From positions 80,189-144,188 of the forward strand of contig JAIPHX010000002.1 of assembly GCA_021734995.1 (NCBI GenBank): 64,000 nucleotides of DNA. Reading direction: 5' to 3'. Below are positions 18,388 through 27,792 of this stretch, one piece after another. A program made the translations under genes and the position numbers. The notes below the pieces were generated by a model that was given only the letters and a program-made list of their open reading frames with translations, was not told the DNA's origin and did no database searches. Each line of letters begins with the position of its first letter. Within the stretch, counting starts at the first letter, position 1. The DNA is from Minisyncoccota bacterium (lineage in GTDB: Bacteria > Patescibacteriota > Minisyncoccia > Phycocordibacterales > UBA9973).

Positions 18388-19076
18388 ATTTTATTTTTAA
18401 TTTTAATTTTAACAAAAATCATTTCATGAATTTTTTCTGGTGGCAAAATCTCGTTTTTGTCTGCACAATCTATCCTAATCCAATTTTTTTCAAATTTAGA
18501 AAGCCATATAGCACTAGCTCTAGAATTTTTTAGAAAAACTGCATCTGCTTCATGTAGATCTTTTTTGTTACCAAGATAATTTCTTTTACTTTTTTCATTT
18601 CTTTTTTGGATAAGACGTAAAGATGTCTCTACGGGGATACTTAGATAAAAAACCATATCAGGCTTTGGAATTTTAAATACTTTATACTCCATCTCTGCTA
18701 GCCACTTCATAAACTCTGCTCTTTTTTTAGGATTTTTTATCTTTCCTCCTTGGTGAATTTGATTGGCGCTCACGTATCTATTTGCCAATACAATATATCC
18801 TTCTTTCAACCATTTTTCTAACTTTTCCTTAGACTCAAAACGGTCCGCGGCATATAGCACCGAAGCAATTTTAGGATGCACTTTTATAAAATTATAGTAT
18901 TGCTCAGAAAGACAATGCCCAATGAAGGAACCAAAAAAGTTTGAATAGTACTCTGGAAAATCAACGATTTTTACTTTGTGTCCCTCTTTTTTTAAACGTT
19001 TAAATAAAATGTTTACTTGAGTAGATTTGCCACTACCATCTGTCCCATCAAAAACAATCAATTTACCTTTTTTCAT
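18384..19076 (-). CDS. tmk: Thymidylate kinase
   Basis: P-loop FDGTDGSGKST, LANRY (DRY-like) motif; 4-nt overlap with dut. Confidence 0.9.
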   Translation of the reverse strand: MKKGKLIVFDGTDGSGKSTQVNILFKRLKKEGHKVKIVDFPEYYSNFFGSFIGHCLSEQYYNFIKVHPKIASVLYAADRFESKEKLEKWLKEGYIVLANRYVSANQIHQGGKIKNPKKRAEFMKWLAEMEYKVFKIPKPDMVFYLSIPVETSLRLIQKRNEKSKRNYLGNKKDLHEADAVFLKNSRASAIWLSKFEKNWIRIDCADKNEILPPEKIHEMIFVKIKIKNKI

Positions 19077-19191
19077 TCTTTTAATATATCACAATTCCCC
19101 AAGTTCTTTAAGAGCCTCTTTATGCTATACTATCCAAAAAGTCGGCAGAGTTTTTGAAAAACCTTTATTATTTAAGGTTTTTTATTTTTAA

Positions 19192-19797
19192 ATGAAGAAA
19201 AAGAAAGATACTCTGCCAAAACATATCTGGGATATTTTTTATAGATTTAAAAAAATGAAGAAAGGTGAGCTGGTTAAGAACCCAACAAAAAAGTTGCTAA
19301 CAAATCTTGTGGTTTCAGAACAAATTTGGGGCTTAAAATTCAATAAAATATATTTTACCAATAAATCTTTAAAACATTTATCAGAAAAGAAAGATTTGGG
19401 AGAAAAATTATTAAAAAACATTCACATCATCTTTAAATCTCCACATGAGACAAGAGAAGCAAAGAATATAGATAGGTTTTTTCTTATCGGAGACATAAGG
19501 GTCTCTTCAAAAAAAGTTCAGACAGTTGTCACTTTAGAAAAGTCTAAAAACGAAAGTGGCATAATAATTACAATATTCCCTACAAACAAAAAATACCTTG
19601 AGAAATTTGAGTTGGTTTGGAGGACGGCAAAGCTCACTTCTAAAAAAGAAATGTCAGTCCCTCCATACGCATATCAACAAAATGTTGACGCTGGCGGTCG
19701 AACCGATGAATTTTCCGCTCATAAACCAACTCAAAGCTCTCAAAGTACTAAATCCAGTATATCAAAACCAAAACAAAAAGGTCAAGCAACTCTTTAG
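19192..19797 (+). CDS. Hypothetical protein, paralog A of duplicated family
   Basis: 201 aa; shares MKKKKDxLPKHIWDxFYRFKKMKKGEL, IFPTNKKYLEKFEL.WRT and QSSQSTKSSISK.KQKGQ with paralog B. Confidence 0.6.
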   Translation: MKKKKDTLPKHIWDIFYRFKKMKKGELVKNPTKKLLTNLVVSEQIWGLKFNKIYFTNKSLKHLSEKKDLGEKLLKNIHIIFKSPHETREAKNIDRFFLIGDIRVSSKKVQTVVTLEKSKNESGIIITIFPTNKKYLEKFELVWRTAKLTSKKEMSVPPYAYQQNVDAGGRTDEFSAHKPTQSSQSTKSSISKPKQKGQATL

Positions 19798-19875
19798 AAT
19801 CTATCTTGCAATTCCCCCCAGTTCTTTAAGAGCATCTTTGTGCTATACTATCCAAAAAGTCGGCAGAGTTTTTGA

Positions 19876-19906
19876 AAAACCTTTATTATTTAAGGTTTTT
19901 TATTTT
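19876..19906 (+). terminator. Hairpin plus T-run after paralog A (a copy also lies upstream of paralog A at ~19160-19190)
   Basis: AAACCTT(tattattta)AAGGTTT followed by TTTT. Confidence 0.5.
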
Positions 19907-19909
19907 TAA

Positions 19910-20494
19910 ATGAAGAAAAAGAAAGATGCTCTGCCAAAACATATCTGGGATGTTTTTTATAGATTTAAAAAAATGAAGAAAGGTGAATTGATTGAAAATG
20001 GCTCCAAAAAAATAGGGACTAAAATTTACATTTATAGACATATCAAAAATACCATGTCTACCCCAAAAAAAGTATATTTTTCTCATTTAACAATAAAACA
20101 TATGGCAGAAAAAAATATATTAGGTGAAAAATTATTAAAAATAACTCCAAAGATTTTATTAAAACCAGATGAAATTAGACATGGGATCAAAAAAGATAGA
20201 CTAATTTTTATCAAAAACACAAAGACGACTTCTCACGCAAAAAATACAGCAGTGGTCATTGAATCCAAAACAAAAAATACCTGTATTGTTGTCACAATAT
20301 TCCCCACAAACAAAAAATACCTTGAGAAATTTGAGTTACTGTGGAGGACGCCGGCACCAAATGGTGTTCCCTCCATGCGGCAACACTTCAAAGAAGTGGC
20401 TCGCGGCAAGCGATTTCCCGCTCATACAGCAACTCAAAGCTCTCAAAGTACTAAATCCAGTATATCAAAATTAAAACAAAAAGGTCAAGAATAG
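19910..20494 (+). CDS. Hypothetical protein, paralog B of duplicated family
   Basis: 194 aa; see paralog A. Confidence 0.6.
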   Translation: MKKKKDALPKHIWDVFYRFKKMKKGELIENGSKKIGTKIYIYRHIKNTMSTPKKVYFSHLTIKHMAEKNILGEKLLKITPKILLKPDEIRHGIKKDRLIFIKNTKTTSHAKNTAVVIESKTKNTCIVVTIFPTNKKYLEKFELLWRTPAPNGVPSMRQHFKEVARGKRFPAHTATQSSQSTKSSISKLKQKGQE

Positions 20495-20510
20495 CTTGCG
20501 AAATTATTTT

Positions 20511-20954
20511 CTACCCTAATTCCCCAAGTTCCTTAAGGGCTTCTTTGGCATAAAAACAAATATTTGGTTCTATATCCATCTCATCCAATTCTTTTATTCC
20601 CACCCAGCGTATTTGATCTGTATCTCTTTCTAAGACCAACTTGTCATTGTTTGTTTTCGCAAAATACACACTGACAACTTTTGTATTTTCAAGATTATTG
20701 ATCTGTGCCAAAAATCTTGGAGCAAGTAAATGTTCATAATGATCTTCATCTGAAATATTTGAATGGTGGCCAAACAACTCAACTTCAAGCCCCACTTCTT
20801 CCATTACCTCTCTTTTTGCTGCCTCTATTGGGTTTTCGTGTTGTTCAATATGCCCACCAACAGAAATCCATTTCCCTAATTTTTCATGCAATCTCAAAAG
20901 TACTTTATTTTGAAAGACAATAAAAACTTCTACGGTAAAATCTACTTTTTTCAT
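20511..20954 (-). CDS. NUDIX hydrolase
   Basis: Nudix box GGHIEQHENPIEAAKREVMEEVGLEV (GX5EX7REUXEEXGU). Confidence 0.85.
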   Translation of the reverse strand: MKKVDFTVEVFIVFQNKVLLRLHEKLGKWISVGGHIEQHENPIEAAKREVMEEVGLEVELFGHHSNISDEDHYEHLLAPRFLAQINNLENTKVVSVYFAKTNNDKLVLERDTDQIRWVGIKELDEMDIEPNICFYAKEALKELGELG

Positions 20955-21043
20955 AAATTTAATTTAATGAATATTAAACCACAACATTTAAACATTAAGA
21001 CGTATTGATAACATAAATCTATCCAGATAAGAACTTTTCAAAT

Positions 21044-22288
21044 TTAAACAAAATATTTTGGCACAGGAAATTTCTTTGCTAGCTTTCTTACTTCTTCTCT
21101 CGCCATCTTTATTATTTTCTGATCATCTTTGTTCTTCAAAACCCTTATCATTATCTCTGCCACTTGCTTGCATTCTTTTTCGGTAAATCCACGAGTAGTA
21201 ATCGCGGGTGTACCAAAGCGAATACCAGAAGGATCCAATGGCTTCCTTGTATCATTGGCTATAGAGTTCATATTTAAAGTAATTCCCACTTCATCAAGCA
21301 CGGTCTGTGCTTCTTTCCCCGTAACTCCGATAGAGCCATACACATCAGCAAGAATGAGATGATTGTCCGTGCCTCCCCCAATCATTCTAATACCTGATTT
21401 TTTAAATACTCCTTCCATTGCTTTTGCATTCTTCAATATTTGTCGTGCATATTTTTTAAATTTTGGATTTAATGCTTCTCCAAAAGCGACAGCCTTAGCT
21501 GCAATAGTGTGCATATGTGGACCACCCTGAATCCCTGGAAAAATTGCTTTATCAATCTTCTTTGCGATCTCTTCACTTTCACGAGTAAGAATAATTCCTC
21601 CACGAGGTCCTCGTAATGTCTTGTGAGTAGTAGAAGTAATCACATCAAAACCATAATCAAATGGATTCGGCAAAACTTTTCCAGCAATCAAACCTGCAAT
21701 ATGTGCCATATCTGCTACCGTAATAGCTCCTACTTCTTTAGCAATATCTACAAATTTTTTATAATCCAAACTACGAGAATAAGCGGAAAATCCAGCTAAA
21801 ATTATTTTTGGCTTCGTTTCTTTTGCTACACGACGAAGTTCTGCATAATCTATCTCCCCTGTGTCTGGATTTTTCATTTTGTAAGTAACAAAATTATATA
21901 TTTTGGCAGGTAAGGTCATTGGGTGTCCATGAGTAAGATGTCCTCCATGAGATAAATCCATTCCAAGGATAGTGTCCCCTGGAGAAAGTAAGGCAGAATA
22001 TACTGCTAGATTGGCAGGAGCTCCTGAGTGAGCTTGCACATTTGCAAATTTACAATCAAAAAGCTTACAAATACGCTCAATAGCTAGACGCTCCACTTCG
22101 TCTGTAAAATCTTGCCCTCCATAATATCTCCTCCCTGGATAACCTTCTGAATATTTATTAGTAAAAATAGAGCCCATCGCTTCAAGCACATCTTGAGATA
22201 CGTAGTTTTCAGAAGGAATTAGTTCTAGTCCTTCTTTTTGCCTATTTGTCTCTTTTTTAATTAAATCTTGAATTTTTTTATCTTTCAT
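21044..22288 (-). CDS. glyA: Serine hydroxymethyltransferase
   Basis: LELIPSENYVS, PLP-lysine region TTHKTLRGPRGG, 414 aa. Confidence 0.95.
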   Translation of the reverse strand: MKDKKIQDLIKKETNRQKEGLELIPSENYVSQDVLEAMGSIFTNKYSEGYPGRRYYGGQDFTDEVERLAIERICKLFDCKFANVQAHSGAPANLAVYSALLSPGDTILGMDLSHGGHLTHGHPMTLPAKIYNFVTYKMKNPDTGEIDYAELRRVAKETKPKIILAGFSAYSRSLDYKKFVDIAKEVGAITVADMAHIAGLIAGKVLPNPFDYGFDVITSTTHKTLRGPRGGIILTRESEEIAKKIDKAIFPGIQGGPHMHTIAAKAVAFGEALNPKFKKYARQILKNAKAMEGVFKKSGIRMIGGGTDNHLILADVYGSIGVTGKEAQTVLDEVGITLNMNSIANDTRKPLDPSGIRFGTPAITTRGFTEKECKQVAEIMIRVLKNKDDQKIIKMAREEVRKLAKKFPVPKYFV

Positions 22289-22370
22289 ACAAACATATTA
22301 GCATAAATACAAGAAATCTACCTACAGAAGAGAAAAATCAAAACCACCCCAAACAGTTCCATTTAAATAG

Positions 22371-23231
22371 TTAAAAACCAAACTTCACCACCACACTCCC
22401 CAAAACATCTGTCCTCAAAACCTGTACTCCAAGAGAATTCAAAATATCCAAAACTTCTCTATGAGGATGCCCATAAGAATTATTTTTACCAGCAGATACT
22501 AAGGCAAAGCGTGGAGAAACTTTTTGCACAAAAGGAAAAGAGCTAGAGGTCTTGGACCCATGATGCCCTGCTTTTAAATAGACACTTTTCAAAAATTGCT
22601 CAGCAGTGTTTTCCAATAAAATATTTTCTGTTTCAATCCCCGCATCTCCTGTAAGCAAAAAAGAAAGGTTGCCAAAAGAAAGACGCGTCACCACAGAAGC
22701 AGAGTTGGTCTCCCAGTCATATACATCTCTATCAGGAAAAAGAATATCTAAATATGTATCCCCTCCTAAATCAATCCGTGTTCCCTTTCGCGCTAAAATA
22801 TTTAAAATATTCTTTTCTGCAATTTTCTGAGAAATATTTTTGTAGACGATAGAATCCGTCGCTACTCCTGATTGAAAAATCATACCAACTTCATAAAAAT
22901 CCAAAAGCTCCTTGAGTCCACCAATATGATCGGTATCTGGATGTGTCATTATTACCACATCTATATATCTATCAAAAGATGGCACCACTTCTGCCAATGC
23001 TCCAAGCAATTTTCTAGGAGGGCCTCCATCAATCAATACTTGTGTCCCTGTGGGAGATTGAATAAATAAAGCATCACCTTGTCCAACATCAAGCATTGCA
23101 AACACAAACTTCCCATCAAGGCTTCTAGTTTCAAAGAAAAGCAATACAAAGAACATTACAGATAGTACAAAAAACATCGCCATAGCAGAAGATTTAGGAT
23201 TTTTGTATATGTTTTTAAAGAAAAAATACAT
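22371..23231 (-). CDS. ComEC-type metallo-beta-lactamase domain protein (stand-alone C-terminal ComEC module)
   Basis: N-terminal TM, LDVGQGDALFIQSP...LIDGG and THPDTDHIGG match the ComEC C-terminal MBL domain. Confidence 0.7.
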   Translation of the reverse strand: MYFFFKNIYKNPKSSAMAMFFVLSVMFFVLLFFETRSLDGKFVFAMLDVGQGDALFIQSPTGTQVLIDGGPPRKLLGALAEVVPSFDRYIDVVIMTHPDTDHIGGLKELLDFYEVGMIFQSGVATDSIVYKNISQKIAEKNILNILARKGTRIDLGGDTYLDILFPDRDVYDWETNSASVVTRLSFGNLSFLLTGDAGIETENILLENTAEQFLKSVYLKAGHHGSKTSSSFPFVQKVSPRFALVSAGKNNSYGHPHREVLDILNSLGVQVLRTDVLGSVVVKFGF

Positions 23232-23348
23232 TTTAAAAAATATTAAAAAGGCGTGCTTTCAGGCATGCTATAATAAAGACAGGGAAGATATGTGTCTTTC
23301 CCCCTATCTATTATTAAGTTAACATTTACACATAAAGAAAAAATAAAT

Positions 23349-23939
23349 ATGAAAAAATTTGAAGAAATACAATTTAATATAGGTGAGCTAAAAGGTATCT
23401 CCGCTAAAAACATAGAGGAACATCTCAAGCTATATGCTGGCTATGTAAAACATTCCAATTTAATTTTGGAAAAAATATCAGAATATTCTAATGATATGGA
23501 AGGTAACGCCTACACCATAGGAGAATTGCAAAGAAGATTTGGTTTTGAATACAATGGTATGCGCAATCACGAATACTATTTCAAATCTCTAGAGGGCGGG
23601 GCAAAAACATTACCAGAAGATAGTGTTTTAAAAAAAGAAATCATAAATCAATTTGGCTCTTTTGATCAATGGCTCAGAAATTTTCAAGCAATGGCAATGA
23701 CAAGAGGTGTGGGGTGGGCGGTACTTGCTTTTGATACTCACACAAAACAACTCATACACATCTGGATAGACGAGCAACATTTGGGACAATTAAACGGAGC
23801 TCAGTGGATCCTAGGAATAGATATGTGGGAGCATGCTTTTGTATATGACTACCCTACTTCTCAAAAGAGAAAATACATAGAAGCATTTTTTGAAAACTTA
23901 AACTGGGAAGTGATAGAAGAAAATTTTAAAAAGATTTAG
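23349..23939 (+). CDS. Fe/Mn superoxide dismutase family protein
   Basis: C-terminal GVGWAVLAF...ILGIDMWEHAFVYDY (SOD D..WEHAYY motif with Asp and His ligands), NHEYYFKSL (His ligand region), EEH at the His26 position; start moved to MKKFEE (ORF track gives 23292). Confidence 0.7.
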   Translation: MKKFEEIQFNIGELKGISAKNIEEHLKLYAGYVKHSNLILEKISEYSNDMEGNAYTIGELQRRFGFEYNGMRNHEYYFKSLEGGAKTLPEDSVLKKEIINQFGSFDQWLRNFQAMAMTRGVGWAVLAFDTHTKQLIHIWIDEQHLGQLNGAQWILGIDMWEHAFVYDYPTSQKRKYIEAFFENLNWEVIEENFKKI

Positions 23940-25374
23940 AATATATCTTCCAACTAAAAAATACATAAATCATTAATACCAATATCAGTGGTAAGCTTTT
24001 TATCTGTAGAGAAGCGAGTGGTATTCTTGCCAATAGATCTATCACGAAAAGCTTCCAGTGAAGCAGAAAATATGTAAACTCCAAAAAAGGGAAAGCAATT
24101 ATATGTGAAAATAAATTTAAAAAACCTCCCAAAAATCCAAAAATCATAGTAATCGGAATCGTAGGTAATACCAATATATTAGCAGGCAAAGACACCAAAG
24201 AAAGATTCCCCATTTTGTAAACAACAAAAGGTATTACAAAAACATAAGCAGAAAAAGTAGTAGCAATCATCTCTCTCCACCATTTATTTTCAATCCAAAA
24301 AAAATATTTCTGCACCAAAGGGGTGAAGAAAATTACAGCAATGGTAGCCAAAAAAGAAAGCTGAAAAGACACATCATACACTAAGACAAATGGATTTAGA
24401 ATCACCATTAATAAAGCTACGAATACAATCCCTCTCCATACATCATATTCTCGCCCTGTGGCTTTTGCTACTATTGCTAGACTTGCCATAATCCCTGCCC
24501 TGACAGCAGTCGCCTGCCCTCCCGACATAAGGACAAATAAAAAAATACCAATTACCCCTGTAAAAAATGCCCAGTAAATCGGTAGCCAAGAAAAAAGTTT
24601 CATTATCCATTCAGCAATCATCGTCACATTGTATCCAGAGAGAGCTACTATATGTATCGTACCTGTATCCACAAACTGCTGTCTAAGCTCGGTACTAAAT
24701 CCAGACCGCTCCCCCAAAATCAACCCACCAAGTAAGGTAGATTCTGGAGAAGGGATAACAGCATTCAATTTTTCTAAAAAAATACTTTTTGTTTTATACA
24801 AAAATCTTTTGAGTGGATTTCCCTCCCCTTTATTTACCACCTTTATGTTTGGATAATTCATCAAAAAAAATATTTTATCTTTCTTCAGATATGAAATATA
24901 ATCAAAACTTTTCCCTAAGGGAGTGATAAAATTTTCAGGCAAAATTAAAACACCATTCAATATAACCCTATCTCCATAATCAAAGTATTTTTCAAGCCCT
25001 GTAGTGACGAGAACATTTTGCTTCTCTAGCTTCACTGTGATTTTTTGATTTGTATCTTTCACTTCTGGCTCATTTATCACTATTCCTTCCAAAGATATTT
25101 TTTGTCCTATCTTTTGATAAAAATCAAGAGGAGGATATATATCTGCTATATTGTATCTACTGATACCCAGACCAATAGCCAATAAAAATACACTTGCACA
25201 AATAATTATATTTTTAATTTCCCAAAACACTTTTATTTGCCACAAGAGAAAAATCAAAAACATTGCAACTCCAAAAAGCCAACCAGCAAAATACCAATCT
25301 AAAAAAATAAAGGAACGCATCAGCGTTCCTAGGAGGAATCCAAAACAAATTGTATAAAATATTTTATCCCGCAT
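23926..25374 (-). CDS. comEC: ComEC/Rec2 competence membrane channel domain protein (N-terminal ComEC module)
   Basis: 482 aa polytopic membrane protein; IHIVALSGYNVTMI competence-domain motif; its 3' end overlaps the sod 3' end by 14 nt (convergent). Confidence 0.75.
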   Translation of the reverse strand: MRDKIFYTICFGFLLGTLMRSFIFLDWYFAGWLFGVAMFLIFLLWQIKVFWEIKNIIICASVFLLAIGLGISRYNIADIYPPLDFYQKIGQKISLEGIVINEPEVKDTNQKITVKLEKQNVLVTTGLEKYFDYGDRVILNGVLILPENFITPLGKSFDYISYLKKDKIFFLMNYPNIKVVNKGEGNPLKRFLYKTKSIFLEKLNAVIPSPESTLLGGLILGERSGFSTELRQQFVDTGTIHIVALSGYNVTMIAEWIMKLFSWLPIYWAFFTGVIGIFLFVLMSGGQATAVRAGIMASLAIVAKATGREYDVWRGIVFVALLMVILNPFVLVYDVSFQLSFLATIAVIFFTPLVQKYFFWIENKWWREMIATTFSAYVFVIPFVVYKMGNLSLVSLPANILVLPTIPITMIFGFLGGFLNLFSHIIAFPFLEFTYFLLHWKLFVIDLLARIPLASLQIKSLPLILVLMIYVFFSWKIYSKSF

Positions 25375-25882
25375 TTTTTAACATAGTAGGTTCATTATCA
25401 GCAAAGCTTGTAGCTATCTCATCTGCTCTTTCGTTGTAAGTGTCCCCTGTATGCCCTGCCACATACTTCCAAGTGATATTTAATCCTCTAGTCACAGAAT
25501 ATAATTCTTCCCACAATTCTTTGTTTAAAACAGGTTTTTTAGCAGAATTACGCCAGTTATTTTTGATCCATCCATGAATCCATTCGGTGATGCCTAAAAT
25601 CACATATTTGGAATCAGAAAAAATTTCTATTTCAAATTCATTTTTTCCGGAGAAACTATCTCCTCCTCCCAAAGAATCTTTCTCTCCAAAGAATTCCTGC
25701 CGAATTTTTCTAACTCCCTCTATCCCAGCAGTTAGTTCCATTTGGTTATTGGTCGCCCTGTCTGAGCGCCCTCCCATTTCAAAAATTTTATTACCCACAA
25801 TCAAAATAGCTCCCCACCCTGCAGGGCCTGGATTTCCTCTAGCAGATCCATCTGTATATACAATGATTTTTTCTTTTGACAT
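25364..25882 (-). CDS. rnhA: Ribonuclease HI
   Basis: IIVYTDGSARGNPGPAGWGAIL, NNQMELTA, SDSKYV, HTGDTYNERAD: full RNase H catalytic signature. Confidence 0.9.
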   Translation of the reverse strand: MSKEKIIVYTDGSARGNPGPAGWGAILIVGNKIFEMGGRSDRATNNQMELTAGIEGVRKIRQEFFGEKDSLGGGDSFSGKNEFEIEIFSDSKYVILGITEWIHGWIKNNWRNSAKKPVLNKELWEELYSVTRGLNITWKYVAGHTGDTYNERADEIATSFADNEPTMLKNAG

Positions 25883-25976
25883 TATCCAAGTATATCATTG
25901 AAAGCAAGATGGTCAAAAAACATTCAAAAATCTCTTTTAAAACATATTTTTTAGATAGTTTTCGTTTTTTAAAAAA

Positions 25977-27764
25977 CTAAAAAACATCCACCACCCTCAG
26001 TCGTAGCTCTGCCCTTCCCCTAAAACGCGACAAGTCAAAATTGGCAAGTAAATCTACGGACATCCCTTCTGCTAAAGTATTTACAGAGAAAGAATCTAAT
26101 GAAGAAAAAAAAGAAATAGCGACCCCTTTGTTGCCCACAGTATCTCTAAAAGATATTTCAAGATGCTCTCCTCCATTTTTACCGAACTTTTTTATTTTCT
26201 CTATAATCACACTCTTAAAAAGAAAAATGGGTTTTGGGTTGCCGAGCCCGAAAGGTTCTAGTTTTTCTAAATCTCGCCAATTTTTCATATTTACTTCAGA
26301 GAGTTTCATTTCCAAATCATATCGCATATTTTCTTTTGTCTCTTCTTTCTTAATTTCAAAAAATGTTTTTGAAAGAACCCCTTCCAAAAAAGGTACTTTT
26401 TCTCGTGAGGTACTGAACCCTCCCGCCAGCTCATGCCCGCCAAACTCATTAAAATAATCTTTAGCGGAAGACATAAGCTCTACCACAGAGACAGATCCTG
26501 GAGAGCGACAAGAGCCACGAATACAATCATTCTCATCTGCTCCCCACACAAAGACAGGTCGCTTGTATTGATCTACAAGCTTGCCTGCTACTAGTCCAAG
26601 TACTCCTACTTTCCATTGAGGGTTTCCAATCACAATCACTTCTCTTATAGATTCAGTTATTTCTTTTTTTTCAAAAATTTTATGCACTTCACGCATAATG
26701 CCTTTTACTAAAGTTTTTCTATCGTCACTTATTTTTATAAGATGTTCAGCTAAAGCGCTCGCCTTAGCAATGTCCACAGAAGAAAGAAGCTCATAAGCTC
26801 GCATTGGGCTATCCATTCTAGAAGCTGCATTTATTTTTGGAATAATCATAAAACTAAGATCATCTGCAGATAAATATCTAAAATCTATTTTCATTTTTGA
26901 AAAAAGCTTTTGTAGTCCTGCCCGAGGAGTCTTACGCAAAACTTTCATTCCAAAAAATGAAATAGCTCTGTTTTCCCCCAAAAGAGGAACCATATCTGAT
27001 AGCGTAGCCATACCTGCCATATCAAGTAGCCACTTCTCCCAGCCAATATGCACATTTTCTTTTATCATTTTTATTGCCTTTGGATACTTTGTGTTTGCCT
27101 CTTCTCCTTGTCTGTCTGTCTCTTTTTCTATCTCTATATTTTCTTTCTCTTTTTTTTGTATATCTTTCACTGCTTCAATATCTCCTTGCTCGGCAAAAGT
27201 TATTAGTCCCTGCACAAGTTTAAACACCACTCCTGCCCCACAAAGCATTTTGGATGGATACTGATCTATTTTTGGATTAAGTATAGCAAAAGCTTTTGGT
27301 AATACTTCTGGTGGAAGATGGTGATCAGTGATAATCACATCTATATTTTCTTTTTGCAAAACATCCACTTCTTCTACCGCTGTAATTCCTAAATCTATAG
27401 TAATCAGTAAATGCACATTTTTTTTAATAAAACCCTCTATAGCAGGAAGGTTTAAGCCATAACCTTCGATATTTCGTTCTGGTATATATACTTCATAATT
27501 GGTAAAACCTATTTTCTGGAAAAAATCAGACAAAATCACCGCTCCTGGGATACCATCACAATCATAATCAGCATAAATTAAAATATTTTCATCTTTATCA
27601 ATAGCCTGTAAAATCCTTTCGCATACAGTCCGCATATCTCGCATCAAAAATGGATCCAAAAAATCCCTCTCATAGCTTGGATTCAAAAAAAGGTCTGCTT
27701 CTTCTACAGAAGAAATACCTCTTTTTTGTAACAATTGCATCAAAAAATCCCCATACTTTTGCAT
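25977..27764 (-). CDS. recJ: Single-stranded-DNA-specific exonuclease RecJ
   Basis: DHH family motifs (YADYDCDGI, ITIDLGIT, ITDHHLP), DHHA1-like C-terminal region; 595 aa. Confidence 0.9.
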   Translation of the reverse strand: MQKYGDFLMQLLQKRGISSVEEADLFLNPSYERDFLDPFLMRDMRTVCERILQAIDKDENILIYADYDCDGIPGAVILSDFFQKIGFTNYEVYIPERNIEGYGLNLPAIEGFIKKNVHLLITIDLGITAVEEVDVLQKENIDVIITDHHLPPEVLPKAFAILNPKIDQYPSKMLCGAGVVFKLVQGLITFAEQGDIEAVKDIQKKEKENIEIEKETDRQGEEANTKYPKAIKMIKENVHIGWEKWLLDMAGMATLSDMVPLLGENRAISFFGMKVLRKTPRAGLQKLFSKMKIDFRYLSADDLSFMIIPKINAASRMDSPMRAYELLSSVDIAKASALAEHLIKISDDRKTLVKGIMREVHKIFEKKEITESIREVIVIGNPQWKVGVLGLVAGKLVDQYKRPVFVWGADENDCIRGSCRSPGSVSVVELMSSAKDYFNEFGGHELAGGFSTSREKVPFLEGVLSKTFFEIKKEETKENMRYDLEMKLSEVNMKNWRDLEKLEPFGLGNPKPIFLFKSVIIEKIKKFGKNGGEHLEISFRDTVGNKGVAISFFSSLDSFSVNTLAEGMSVDLLANFDLSRFRGRAELRLRVVDVF

Positions 27765-27792
27765 AAGAGTTATTCTAACATATATATCAGAA

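Larger units (their letters stand above)
19085..20515. repeat. Tandem segmental duplication (two ~715-bp units), each = fossil NUDIX 3' end + leader + paralogous gene
   Basis: 19085-19300 and 19801-20016 are near-identical, including aattcccc(a/c)agttctttaagagc, which is a decayed copy of the NUDIX gene terminus at 20511-20545; the middles diverge and the 3' ends re-converge. Confidence 0.8.
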
